Positions 49,441 through 61,845 of a stretch of 64,000 bases of DNA are shown here, one piece after another. Within the stretch, counting starts at the first letter, position 1. Each line of letters opens with the position of its first letter. The position numbers and the translations under genes are program-made. The stretch comes from Gracilinanus agilis (lineage: Eukaryota), in contig NC_058130.1 in the NCBI RefSeq assembly GCF_016433145.1, positions 219,815,247 through 219,879,246 on the forward strand. Direction: 5' to 3'. Below the pieces are notes generated by a model. The model made no database searches, was not told the origin of the DNA, and saw only the letters and a list, made by a program, of their open reading frames with translations.

Positions 49441-51634
49441 GGAAAAAGTTGAAGATTTGAGAGTTTGATTAAAAGTACAATTAATACAATCTAAATTTAA
49501 AAAAAAATGTGTATTGGCCCCATCCAAATCTGCCTATGAAAGATCCTTTTGTTTTTTTAATATAGTTGTAAACAATGTTTATAATAGTTCTTATTACTCT
49601 GAAGTCACTTTCGTGATTTCGTATGTCAGTGAATTTAATTCTGTTCGTATATATCATTTGTTGAGGTACCATAACATTATGGTACATTAACATAGCATAA
49701 TTGACTCAGGTATTCCCAATCATTAGCCACACTGGTTATTTACAGTTTTTAATGATTAAAAATAAAGTTTTTATTACTTTTTTCCACAGGTAAGGTTTTT
49801 TCTTTTTCATACTTTGGACTTTGGAATATCAGTGGGATTTCTGGATATGATCAATTTTGTGACATTTGTATTTACTTCTTGAAAAAAAAATCTGATGAGA
49901 GCCTTAACTGGGGTTGTAGCCTTTGAGTGGGGTGGAAAAATGAATATGAGAATTGTCTAGGTAAAATTGACAAGACTTGTCAACTGATTGGCTATTTGGA
50001 TTGAAGGAGAAGGAGGAGTTGAGTATGACTTCAAGATTCAAGGTCATGAACTTGGGAGACTAAAAGAATAGTGGTTCCTTTAACAGATACAGAAAAGTTT
50101 GGAAAAAAAAAAGGTAAGGTTAGGGTGTGGTATGTGAGGAGGGAGATTAAAAAGTTCTATTTTGAGTATGTTGAATTGTTAATGCCTACAGATACATCTG
50201 AGAAAAACAAGCAGTTGAATTCAGATACTAATTAATCACTCTGAAAATGAATATACTACCCAACCTTGCCTTGCTTTAATTTACCTCTTCCAAATTCATG
50301 CTATATATCCTATATATACATATATACTATACATTTATGCCTTTATAAACTGTAACTTTTCCTAACTTTTCTCCTAATCTTGAATCTGACACTTATAAAG
50401 ACATACTTTAGTCCCTCTTTTGTGAAATGTCATATGAGAATGCATTCTGACAGTTTCATTAATAAAATATTGACTTCAGGGGCAACTAGATGGCTCAGTG
50501 GATAGAGAGCCAGGCCTGGAGTCAGGAAGAACTGTCCAAATATGGCCTCAAACACTTCCTGTGTGACCCTGGGTGAGTCACTTAACCCCAATTACCTAGT
50601 TCTTGCCACTCTTCTGTCTTGGAATTCACACTTAGTGTCATTTCTAAGATAGAAAGGTTTAGAGAGTTTTAAAATAAATAAAATATTAATTTCTATGATG
50701 CACTAATAAGACGTTTATAGTTTTTTAAAAGTTGCATTCTCTTTCCATACAGATATATTTAACCCTGACACTTAAAACCTTCTCATTCCCTTAAGGATGT
50801 TTGTCCATACTAGGAGACTTCTAAAAAATAACAAAAAAGTAGAGAAGTTCTCTGGGATACTTTTTAGAGGAACTTTCAAACAAGATAATGTAGCCTGAGC
50901 TGTGGCCCATTTATTTGTCAATCAGGGATTAGTGAGCCAATCAGGTAGTATTAAAAAAGATAGGGACAATTCATTATCAGATCTTGACATAATGATGAGT
51001 CAAACCAAGTGACTTTAGTGATAAATATCATTACATTCAATCAACTGGTAATAGTCTTAGTATAGGCCATAATTAAAATGTTGAATCCAGTATAACTGTG
51101 AGGATTCTTGGTTCTACAGTTCTGAAAGCTTAGGTCACTCAGTTTCCTATTCTATAAAATGAAGGGAATAGATTCTTATTTCCAAGGTCCCTTTGAGTTC
51201 TCAATCTTATGGTATTATTTATATATTTTCCTCTTAAACTTTAGACTAGTTATTTGATGTTGAATTTTTGTATCATAGTAACTCATGAAACAAAGAAAAA
51301 TACAAAATGTTCTATGGTTTTGTGCAGACCCCATTCGATTTCTGTAGTATCTTGGCCAAAGAAGTAGAAAAAGAGGCATACAGTACCAAGAATAACACAG
51401 GTTTTAGATTATCAACATTAACAATTGTAAGCATTCAATTTGTGAAATCTTTGTCCAATGAGCAACTATCTATAAATATTAATTTGGCGACACTCTAAAT
51501 ACTAATAAATATTTATTAGAATATATTGATACTCTAAATGTTAATAACTCTTGCCTTTTAAGATACTAAATTAAAACTACACTCGGACTTTTGGGCTATC
51601 CTATATACAACATGAATACACAGTTAATTGGGGG

Positions 51635-51812
51635 GAAATCAATAACAACCAGAAAGCAAAAGAAAAATTTAGATAAACATAAAGAACATAGGATTGCAAA
51701 GATAGATCTGGAAAGAACCTTAAAGAAATCAATAACAACCAGAAAGCAAAAGAAAATTTTAGATAAACATAAAGAACATAGTATTGCAAAGATAGATCTG
51801 GAAAGAACCTTA
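51635..51812 (+). repeat. 90-bp tandem duplication (2 copies, 2 substitutions)
   Basis: GAAATCAATAACAACCAGAAAGC...GAAAGAACCTTA repeated with period 90. Confidence 0.92.
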
Positions 51813-52504
51813 GAAGTCATCTAATCCAAACTTCTCATTTTACAGATGAGGAAACTGAGGCCTACAGAGATTAAGTGACTTGTCCAAGATTACACAGGTA
51901 TTTGGTAACAGAACTATCCTACAACTCCAAAAAAAATTTTTTTTCCTGCAGCATGACTTACTTTTTTCTCCTTGGAAAAGCATGGGAAACTGTTTTGTTG
52001 GCTTTCAGTAACTATGATAAACATCTGCAATCAGGACTATGAAAATGATTGCAGCTCATGTTGCAGAGCATTCTAAATTAAATCAGCATATACTTTAATA
52101 TTCTTTGACTTCAGTGCAAACATAAGTGTAGTGAAAGATGGTTCATGACATGTTGGAAAACATGGTTCGGAAAGGACTAAGGAATGAAAGAGGATAAAGA
52201 ACTATAGTCTATTCCAAAGTCTTTTAACAATATATCATGAATACTTTCTTCAAAAGGAGATTTTAGAATTGGTGAACATTTAATAACATAACAAAAATGA
52301 CAATAATTATATTTTAATACTCAGAAAATAACTTATTTTCAATACAGTCATTTCCAAATCAGCTATGTACAACAGATCACCAAACTTCTTAGAGCAATGA
52401 TAAAAATTAATACCAAGTTAGAATAGTTTTTTAAAAGAAAGACAGTGAGAGATTGAGGTAATGTAAACTTGACTAAGCTGATATATTTTTAATGAGAAAT
52501 GGGT

Positions 52505-52542
52505 AGTAAATGTGGATATTCTACAGAATATCCACATTTACT
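52505..52542. repeat. Near-perfect palindrome (18-bp arms, 2-nt loop)
   Basis: AGTAAATGTGGATATTCT-AC-AGAATATCCACATTTACT. Confidence 0.92.
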
Positions 52543-52599
52543 GTAGAAGTTTAACTGATATATATATGTAAAAATATATATGAATTGCCACAACATTGC

Positions 52600-53030
52600 C
52601 ACAACCAAAAGAATCTAGAAACTATTTCAGACAACAAACACTTGCTCTCCTTACTAAGCAGAAAATTATGGCAGCCAAGGTCAACAACAGTTTAGAATAA
52701 AATTTTATTTGTACAAATCTTCTGGAAGGCAATAGCAACAGAATTAAATAGGCAAGATCATCCCAAAGATATTTTAGGGTAAAACGAGATAGGAAAATGA
52801 AAAAATGAAAAATGGAAAAGATCTGTCAAGATTTTTTAATACCAAATTATTTTCTCCTTCAATAACAGTAGAGCTACCACATTTGAACTGTTAACATTAC
52901 AATCTCAAATGTGTTACATGAATAAAATTTACACTAAAGAAAAAATAAGGACAAGAGTAGTTGGGCTATATGAAGTATACTCAAGAAAAAATTCATGCTA
53001 AAAGGGACTAGTCCCGGGTTGATCATTAGT
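52600..53030 (+). mobile_element. Degenerate RTE-clade LINE ORF fragment (tentative)
   Basis: Conceptual translation gives fragments like EKICQDF...KLFS...TVE.PHL...ITI.NVL, resembling the region before the RT domain in RTE LINEs; many frameshifts. Confidence 0.4.
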
Positions 53031-53699
53031 GTAATAGAATGATTCTTTAGATACACGCTAAGTGGTACAATTGATTGAGTGCAGGACTTGGAGTAAGGAA
53101 CACCTTAGTTTTCAATCCTGCCACAAACACTAGCTTTGTCAGTTTCCCCATTTGTAAAATGGAGTAATAACATTTTCCATATCACAGAGTTACTATGAAA
53201 ATTAAATGAGATAATATGTGTATAACTATCAACCCATATGCCTACTTCCCTATCTCCACAAAAATCCTTCTCAGAATAATCTATGTATATTTCAAAGGTG
53301 GCCTTGATTGAAGATTTGAATAGGGAGTAGACAAGTTTTTATAAATGTTATTGTATAGTGAGTTAAAGAATAGTACCCTGGGATCTGAGAATGATGTTTT
53401 TCCTGGCCATTATCTGTTATTCAGATATCTGTCATAGATGTTATAGAATCATATATTTAGAATTGTGAAGCAGCATTGAACTTCCCCATTTTACAAATGA
53501 AGAAAATGAGATATCCTATGCTGATATCAATTACCAACATCTGTTGTAGGAAAAACAATGGGTTTTACTCTGTTTCAGTTAAAATATATGAGACATATTT
53601 ATTGATTTTTATAAGCAACTGAAAGGAAAGAGATTTTGATCAGTTTGCCCTTCTAATCCTTGAACTCAGTTTCTCAGGTGTTTTCCAACTAACTTTTTC

Positions 53700-56600
53700 A
53701 GTAATCAGTCAATCAGGAAGCATTTATTAAACTACTATTATGTGTCAGCACTGTGCTTTTATTGTTGTTGTGAATAGAAATATAAAGAATAAAAAAGAAA
53801 ACCCTATCTACACTGAGTTTAGGGTTTGGGGGAAGATAAAAAGAATAAATGCAAAAAATACAAAGAATTTAAATATACTTATAGTTGGAAAAATCAAGAA
53901 CAGATCCACATGGAAGGTGATCCTAAAGCTCTATCTTGAAGAATGGTATTCTATAAAGCAGAAATACAAGAGGAAGGACAGAGGGCCAAGGGCCTTTCCA
54001 TGGAAAGACATGAAGGAAATAGGTGAAGGATTGAGGATTAAGAACAGAGGGAGGTGATTTTGGCTGGAGTGTAGGAGTAGAGAGCAGTGTGTAGAAAGTT
54101 TGGAAAGATAGATTGGGACCAAGTTGTGAAAATCTTTTAAAAAGTAAACAGTAGGGGAAGTTAGGTGACTTAGTAGATAAGCATGCTAGACCTGCCCTCA
54201 GGAGGACTTGGGTTCAAATCCAGACTCAGACACTTGCTAGTTGTGTGGCTCTGGGCAAGTCACTTAGCCGCCTTATCCTTAGAGTTGTTATTAAGACAGA
54301 AGATGAGAGTTAAAGAAAAAAAATAACAGGGGAGTTTATATTTTATTCTAGAGGCAATAGGGAACCACTAGAGTTTATTGAATAGGGGAGCAAAATGGTC
54401 TGATCTTCACTTAAAGAAAATTGTTTTGCCAGCTGTAACAAAGAAACTAATTAATAGACTTGCAATAACTTGGGGGAAAGATCAAGGAAGTTAAGGGGGA
54501 AAGACTGGGATAAATTAATGGCCTGAAACTAAGGTGTGGTAGATTGTGAATAAAGAATGGTGTCAGGGACAGCTAGGTACCTCAGTGAATTGAGAGCCAG
54601 GCCTAGAGACAGGAGATCCTGGGTTCAAATGTGACCTCAGATATTTCCTAGCTTTGTGATCCTGGACAAGTCACATAACCCTCATTGCCTAGCCCTTCTG
54701 CCTTGGAACCAATATACAGTATTGATTCTAAGACAGAAGGTAAGGGTTTAAAAAAAAAAGAATGGTGTCAAGGTAGAAATAGCAATATTGAGCAACTGAC
54801 TAGACATATGTGATGTCACATAATAAGGTATCAACGATAATGCTGAAATTACTAATATATGAGAGCAGGAAAGAATGGTGCCTTGGACAAAAATAGCTAA
54901 GTTTGGAAAAGGGATGTTTGATAGAAAAGCTAAGTTCTGTTTTGTACACACTGAATTTTAGATGTCTCTAGGACATATAGTTTGTGTGTATGTATGTGTG
55001 TGTACATGCACACATATTGGTGAGTCATCTGCCTAGAGATGATAGATAATTTAAACCCAAGGGAGTTAATGAGGTCACCAAGAGAGTATAGTAAGAAAGA
55101 AAGGGGCCCAAGACAGCCTTGAGGAACACCCAAAATTAGGGATTATGGCATGGTTAATGAGCTGGCAACGTAGAATGAGAAGGATTGGTTAGACAGGTAG
55201 GAAGAGAACCAGCTAGTTAATCAGTCAGTAAACATTTATTGTATCCACTATGTGCTAGGCACTATGCTAAGCCTGGGAATATAAAGAAAGGCTAGACAGT
55301 CCCTATCCTTGAGGAACTCACAATCTAATGGAGGAAGCTAAGTATAAACAAATATGTACAATCTATATACAGAATAAATAGGAAATATTCAACAAAGGGA
55401 ATGCACTGGGATTAAAAGGGTTTGGGAAAGGCTTCTTGAAGAAAGTAAGGTTTTAACTGGCACTTAAAGGAAGCTAGGGAAGTCAGAAGGCAGGATTGAG
55501 GAGGGAGAACTTTCCAGGCATGGGGGATAGACAAATAAAATGTCCAGAGCTAAGCAATGGAGTGTCTTATTCAACAAAGAAACAAGAGACCATTGTCTCT
55601 AGATGGAAGAGTACTTGGAAGGTAAAAGGTATAAGGAGTTTGGAAAGGTTTGGACAAGGGTTACGAAAAACTTAACATGACAGAAAATTTTGTATTGATC
55701 CTGAAAATGATAGGGAACCACTGGAGTTAACTGAGTAGAGAGATGAGATGACATGATTGGACCTACAATTTAGGAAAATCACTTTAGGAGTTGAGGGGAG
55801 AATGGACTGGAGTGGAGAGACTTTAATAAGGCAAGCTGAACCAACAATAGGCTATGGCAACAATCGAGGCTTGAGGTGATGAAGGCCTATACCAGAGTGG
55901 AGGCAGTATCAGAGAAGAAAATGGAGTATATTCAAAAGATGTTGGAAAGGTAAAATTAACAGACCTTTGAAACAGATTGGATATGAAGGGAGTGAGAAAT
56001 AGGAACTGAGGATATCATCTAGGTTGGGAGCCTGGGGAACTAAGAGGGTGGTAGTGTCTTCAGTAATAATAAGGAATGAGGCCTAGGCAGCAGAGTGGAT
56101 AGAACATTAAACCTGGAGGCAGGAAGACCTGGATTCAAATCTGGCCCCAGATCTTCCTAGTTGTGTGATGTTGGGCAAGTCACTTAACCCCAATTGCCTA
56201 GCCCTTTCTGCTCTTCTGTCTTAAACTTAATACTAAAGCTGAAAGTTAAACAACAACAACAACAACAACAAAAGCTGTAATCAGGAGGTATAGAAGCAGA
56301 GAGGATTTGGGTAAAGCTAATGAGTTCAGTTTGAAATATGTTGAGTTTGGGATGTCTACAGGACATCCAGTTCTAGATTTCTAATAAGTAGTTGGGGATT
56401 TGAGACTAAAGATTAGTAGGAAGGTTAAGGTTGGAAAAATAAATGTGATAATCTTCAGCATAGAACTGATCAAAGAATCCATGGGAGTCAAGATGACCAC
56501 ATGAAAAACAGAAGAGAAGAGGGCCCAGAACAGAACTCTTTGGGACACCTATGTTTAGAAGACATGATCTGGATAAAGATCCTGCAAAAGAGACTGAGAA

Positions 56601-57900
56601 GAAGCAGTCAGATAAATTAGAGAGGAACCAAGAGAGAGTTATGCCCTAAGAACCTAAGAAGAAAAGAGTATCAAGGAGAAGATGATGATCAGTAGATTCA
56701 AAGGCAGCAGAGATGTCAAGAAGAATGAGTATTGAGAAAGAGCTATTGGTTTTGGCAATTAAGAGATCATTGGTAACTTTGAAAAGAGCAATTCCAGTTG
56801 AATGATGAGATCTAAAGTCAAATTGTAGAATTTAAGATAGAGAAGAAAGAGGCACCTACTTTAGATAGACTTCTCAATGAGTTTAGCTTCAAAAAGCCAA
56901 TGAAATATGGGACAAGAGTTAAAGGAAATGAGGTTCTTTGAAGATGGGTAAGGCATAGACATCTTTTTAGATAGGCAGTAAACTAGGAGAAATTGAAGAT
57001 AAGTGAGAGAATGGGCATTGATAGAGGACACGATCTGCTAAAGAAGACAGAATAGGATGGGATTACTTGTACATGTAGAGGGCTTAGCCTTGGAAAGAAG
57101 AGTTTTCTCATCAAAGTAGAGTCTGTAGCAGAAAAGATTTGAGTGATATGAGATGAGAGGAGAAGAGGAAACTCTCAATTAATAGCCTCAAATTTTTCAG
57201 TAAAATGAGGCAAGGTTTGCAGTTGAAAGAGTAGGGGAACGTAGAGACATGAGAGATTTGAAAAGGGCTAAAAAGGTTTGGAAGAACAGCTGTGGTGTGT
57301 GGGAGAGTGAGTTAATTACAGAGGTGTAAAAGATTATCTAGCCATAATGAGAGCCAAATTGAGGTTCTGTAATGAAATTTGTAGTGGACTCAAGTCTGGA
57401 AGGTTGCATGGTTTTCTCTACCTTTTTTTAACAGCATTTATGTAGAAGTGAAGGTGGCAGATGGTGGGAGTGACCTAAGGTTGAGGCTTGGCACAGCAAG
57501 TCAGCAGTATGATAAGGGGAAAAGGGATTCCAGAGGACTGCATAGAGTTAAACCAGCTCATCAAAGATCGATATAAGGAAAGAAGGAAAGTATAAGCCAG
57601 TTTAGGGATGATAACCTGAGATAGAACTAAAAGGATAAAGGGATTGGAGGTCACAAAGTGGATGAAGAGTAGGGTTGGGTTTTAGATGGAAAGCAGAACT
57701 GGAAATCCAGTAGATTGTGATCAGATAAAGGAATTTAAGAGTTTGTAAACATGAAAGTAGGGTATTTGTGAGTGATGACAAAATCAAGGGTATGACCTTC
57801 TTTGTGTGTAGCTAGGAAGGGGTTTAAGTCATGGGAAATGAGTAAATTGAAGAACTAGAAGGTTAGTGGATTTGAGAAAAGTCATCATGTATGCTGAACT
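53700..57900 (+). mobile_element. Cluster of L2 remnants with nested SINEs (about 54160-54310, 54566-54760, 56085-56270)
   Basis: Repeated L2 hallmarks; the 54566 SINE has TSD AAAGAATGGTGTCA; the 56085 SINE has an (AAC)n tail. Confidence 0.65.
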
Positions 57901-57987
57901 TCCCAAATATGAAGGCAAGAGATAGGAAGGAAAGATTGTAAGCCATGTATTGAACTCACTGAAGAAGGAAAGGGAGGATCCAAGAGC

Positions 57988-58424
57988 AGTATCATTAAAC
58001 TCATGGGGTCACTTAAATGTACATAAAGATCTCTGGGTGTACATACTGAGTTACAAAACCACATATTATATTGTATACATACTGAGTTACAAAACCACAT
58101 ATTAATATTGTTGTATTATATTTTTCATTTTTTTGTTAAATGTTTTTTAAACCCTTACCTTCCATTTTGGAGTCAATACTGTGTATTGGCTCCAAGGCAG
58201 AAGAGTGGTAAGGGCTAGGCAATGGGGGTTAAGTGACTTGCCCAGGGTCACACAGCTGGGAAGTGTCTGAGGCCAGATTTGAACCCAAGTCTTCTGGGTT
58301 TGGGGCCAGGCTCTCTGTACACTGAGCTACTTTGCTGTCCCTGTTAAATATTTTTCAATTACATTTTAATCTGGTTGATTCAGATCCACTTGAAATGTAG
58401 TAGATGGCAAGTTTGACACCTCTG
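57988..58424. mobile_element. Old hAT MITE remnant containing a 36-bp tandem duplication and a SINE (58143-58341, -)
   Basis: Ends in GTTTGACACCTCTG; shares TTTTGTTAAATATTTCCCAATTACATTTT with a copy at about 36820-36990. Confidence 0.5.
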
Positions 58425-60207
58425 TCCTAGAAAATAGCTTTGGGAATTTTAATTGGGTGGTAAATGTGGTTTTCATGAATCTCACAAAAAAAGAGGTTAC
58501 CAAGTGATGGTGGTAGAGGGGGAACCAGGAAAACCAGGAGAAAGTACTATCACAGAAACCCAGAATGAGAGAATCCAGAATAGAGGATATTTAAGTGTCA
58601 GAGAAGTCAAGGACAATAAGGGTACTTAGATAAGAAGTTATTCAATTTGGAAATTAAAGAAAGTTGGTGACTTTGGAGAGATCAGTTTCAGTCGAATAAA
58701 GGTAAGAAGCCAAATTAGGAGGGAATATTGAGAGAGTATGAGCTGAGGCAGTAGATGCCACTGAGTATAGCCAGCTTTTTCCAGAAGGTTGGCTGAGAAA
58801 AGGAAACTATTTATGATGAGAGGTGGTAGAATCTAATGAGGTTTTTTTGGTTTTCTTTCTTTCTTTCTTTTTTTTTTTTAAGGATTGGGAAGACTTGACT
58901 GTATTTGATAAAATATGCAGTCCTCCAATTACAGGGTAGATAGGCAGCAGCACAAAATGGCTCTGTTTGTAGTGTTTTTATACTTTAACTTGCTGTACTT
59001 CTTACATTATCCTCAGTTTCTCCCTTTCCCACCTCTCTTTTAAGCATTCTAAGTGTTTTTTGGTTTAATTTTTTTTAACAACGTCCCTTTTTAAATAACA
59101 TTTATTTCCAAATATATCCTGTCTCTTGTATCTACCAAACTCTACCTAATAGATTTTAAAAGACAGAAAAAAATAGCGTTAGCAAAACCAACCAACATAT
59201 TGATTATGCTTAACTATATATACAGAATTTCCCATCTCTGCAGAAAAGGGAAAGAGGTACTGATCCTTATCTATTCTCTGGGACCAAGCCTGGCCATTAT
59301 AGTTCCAAAGTATTCCATTTTCTTTCATTGTAATCTTCCATTTACATTGCTATGGTCATTGTGGATATTGTTTTCCTGATTCTATTTATTTCACTTTGCA
59401 TGAGTTCCTTGTCTTGCCTAATTCCTCTAAATTGTTTATGATTGCTGATTTTTAATGATTCTTAAATTTCATTATGTTTAAAGACCACAGTTTGTTAAAT
59501 AGTCCCACAATTATTGCACACTTGCTGTGTTGCTTGATCCTACAAAAAAAAAAAAGGTGCTATGAATTTGTGGTAGAGAGGACCTCTTTTTCTGTCTTTT
59601 AACTTGGTGGGCTATGCCTCCCTGAGAAATCTCTGGATCAAAAAATACAGACATTTTTTGCCACATTTTTAGCAGATTCCAAACTGCTTTCCAGAATAGT
59701 TGAGCCAATTCACTCATAGCTACCCAGACTTGTTTTTAATTTGCATTTCCCTTCTTTATCTGTTAGGAATTTCATATGCTTTCTTGTTTAGGGTTCTAGA
59801 GCAGACCTTTCATTTCATCAATATAAGGAACTCCCAGTGAGAAAATTCTCTTCTACCAATGCAGATCTGCACCTTATCTATACTACTTGCATTTGTTAGA
59901 GCACTCAGCAGTTAAATGAAGTCAACATACCAGAAACAGGACTTGAATCTGAATTTTCTTAGTTTTCTATCTACTACAATATGCTACCTCTGCTAGAACA
60001 TATGTTTTGTATGGTTTATGTTTTAATTACTTTTATTATCTTTTTTTTATATCACCTCTATTTCTAAGTGTATTTCTTTCCCTCTTTCAAAAAAATCCCA
60101 TAACAAAGAATTAAAAGAGAGAATAATTCAATAAAACTAAGAAACATATCAAAAAAGTTTAATTTATTCCCACACATAGTTCTCTACTCCTGCAAAAAAG
60201 CAATAAG

Positions 60208-61061
60208 GAGGGGATAGAACCAAAATGGAGAACATATAAGGATGATCCTGATACCTATCAAATTACTCTTCAAACAGCTTTGATATAACCCCTCAAAATG
60301 AATTCTGGAGCAGCAAAACCCATGAAAGGACAGGGTGAAACAATTTTTTAGCCCTAAACAACTTAGAAGGTCAACATGAAATGTCTGTGGTGCCAGAGCA
60401 GGAGTAGAGTTAAAACCAGCACACAAAGGCCGGCTGCACCTCCTCAAGCCAGCACAGGCCTTGGCAGTAGTTGAATCAATGCAACATCTTCTAGAACTCT
60501 CAGCCACAGATGGTAAGGGGGTCTGACAACTGCTCAGAAGAATACAGGGGTCCCTTTGCTGTCCCTGGATACAGGATTCTATTGCATTCCCCATATGTAG
60601 ATCTAGGCCACAGTCCCAGGGAAGAAGGAAACCCTGGTCACAGTTCCAGTGCAGAAAAGAATGCTTGTGGTCATTCACTGACCTGAGCATAGGCCAAGAG
60701 AGTATTAAACACACCTCTCCTTAGATCATTTCTCCTTGGAAAAATGGAAAACTTATAGTTTCCAGGAGTTAGCTCTGAAGACTACTACACATAGAACCTG
60801 AAGATTGGGTTAATGCGTCTTTCACTAGAAGAACAGAGCCAAACTTTAACACTTTTAAAAATTAAAGACAAGAAAAAGGCTCGAAAATGAGCAAACAAGG
60901 AAAATCAACATAGAAAGTTATTTTTGTCACAGGGAAGACCAAAACACAAACTCCGTGGAAGACAGCAAAGCCAATACTGCTGCATCCAAAGCTTCAAAGG
61001 AAAATATGAATTGGTCCCAAGCCCAAGAAGAATTTCTGGAAGAGCTCAAAAAGGATTTTAA

Positions 61062-61120
<59 letters not shown>

Positions 61121-61503
61121 GTCTNNNNNNNNNNNNNNNNNNNNNNNNNNNNNNNNNNNNNNNNNNNNNNNNNNNNNNNNNNNNNNNNNNNNNNNNNNNN
61201 NNNNNNNNNNNNNNNNNNNNNNNNNNNNNNNNNNNNNNNNNNNNNNNNNNNNNNNNNNNNNNNNNNNNNNNNNNNNNNNNNNNNNNNNNNNNNNNNNNNN
61301 NNNNNNNNNNNNNNNNNNNNNNNNNNNNNNNNNNNNNNNNNNNNNNNNNNNNNNNNNNNNNNNNNNNNNNNNNNNNNNNNNNNNNNNNNNNNNNNNNNNN
61401 NNNNNNNNNNNNNNNNNNNNNNNNNNNNNNNNNNNNNNNNNNNNNNNNNNNNNNNNNNNNNNNNNNNNNNNNNNNNNNNNNNNNNNNNNNNNNNNNNNNN
61501 NNN

Positions 61504-61565
<62 letters not shown>

Positions 61566-61845
61566 TAAATTTTGGAAAAAGAAATGAGAGTGATATAGGA
61601 AAATCATGAAAAAAAGAGTCAAGAACTTGGTAAAGGAAGCACAGGAAAAGAATATAGCAATACCTTAAAAAAGAGAATGGACCAATTGGCACAAAAGTAC
61701 ACTGAGGAGAAGTGCTTAAAAAGTAGTATTAACCAAATGGAAAAAAGGTATACAAAAATTCACTGACAAGAAGAAATCCTAAAAAGGCAGTGTTGGCCAT
61801 GTGGAAAAGATGCACAAAAATTCGGTGAGGAAAAGAAAATTGAAA
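60208..61845 (+). mobile_element. Degenerate L1 5'UTR plus partial ORF1 (copy A), containing the GA microsatellite and gap
   Basis: Starts GAGGGGATAGAACCAAAATGG; ORF1-like A-rich coiled-coil sequence from about 60887 with stops. Confidence 0.7.
61068..61563. repeat. (GA)n microsatellite spanning a 379-N assembly gap (61125-61503)
   Basis: Directly visible. Confidence 0.95.

Noticed and set aside
51950-52070. Exon-like segment on - with tttag and AA|GTAAGT ends
   Set aside because: All three frames are closed and there is no supporting context; it could only be a non-coding exon.
47100-60200. Search for USP42 or other coding exons upstream of EIF2AK1
   Set aside because: No recognisable coding exon; the region is dominated by L2, SINE, MIR and L1 remnants.
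60927-61692. ORFs of 183-232 aa with ER/SL repeats
   Set aside because: Artefacts of the (GA)n microsatellite and the N gap.
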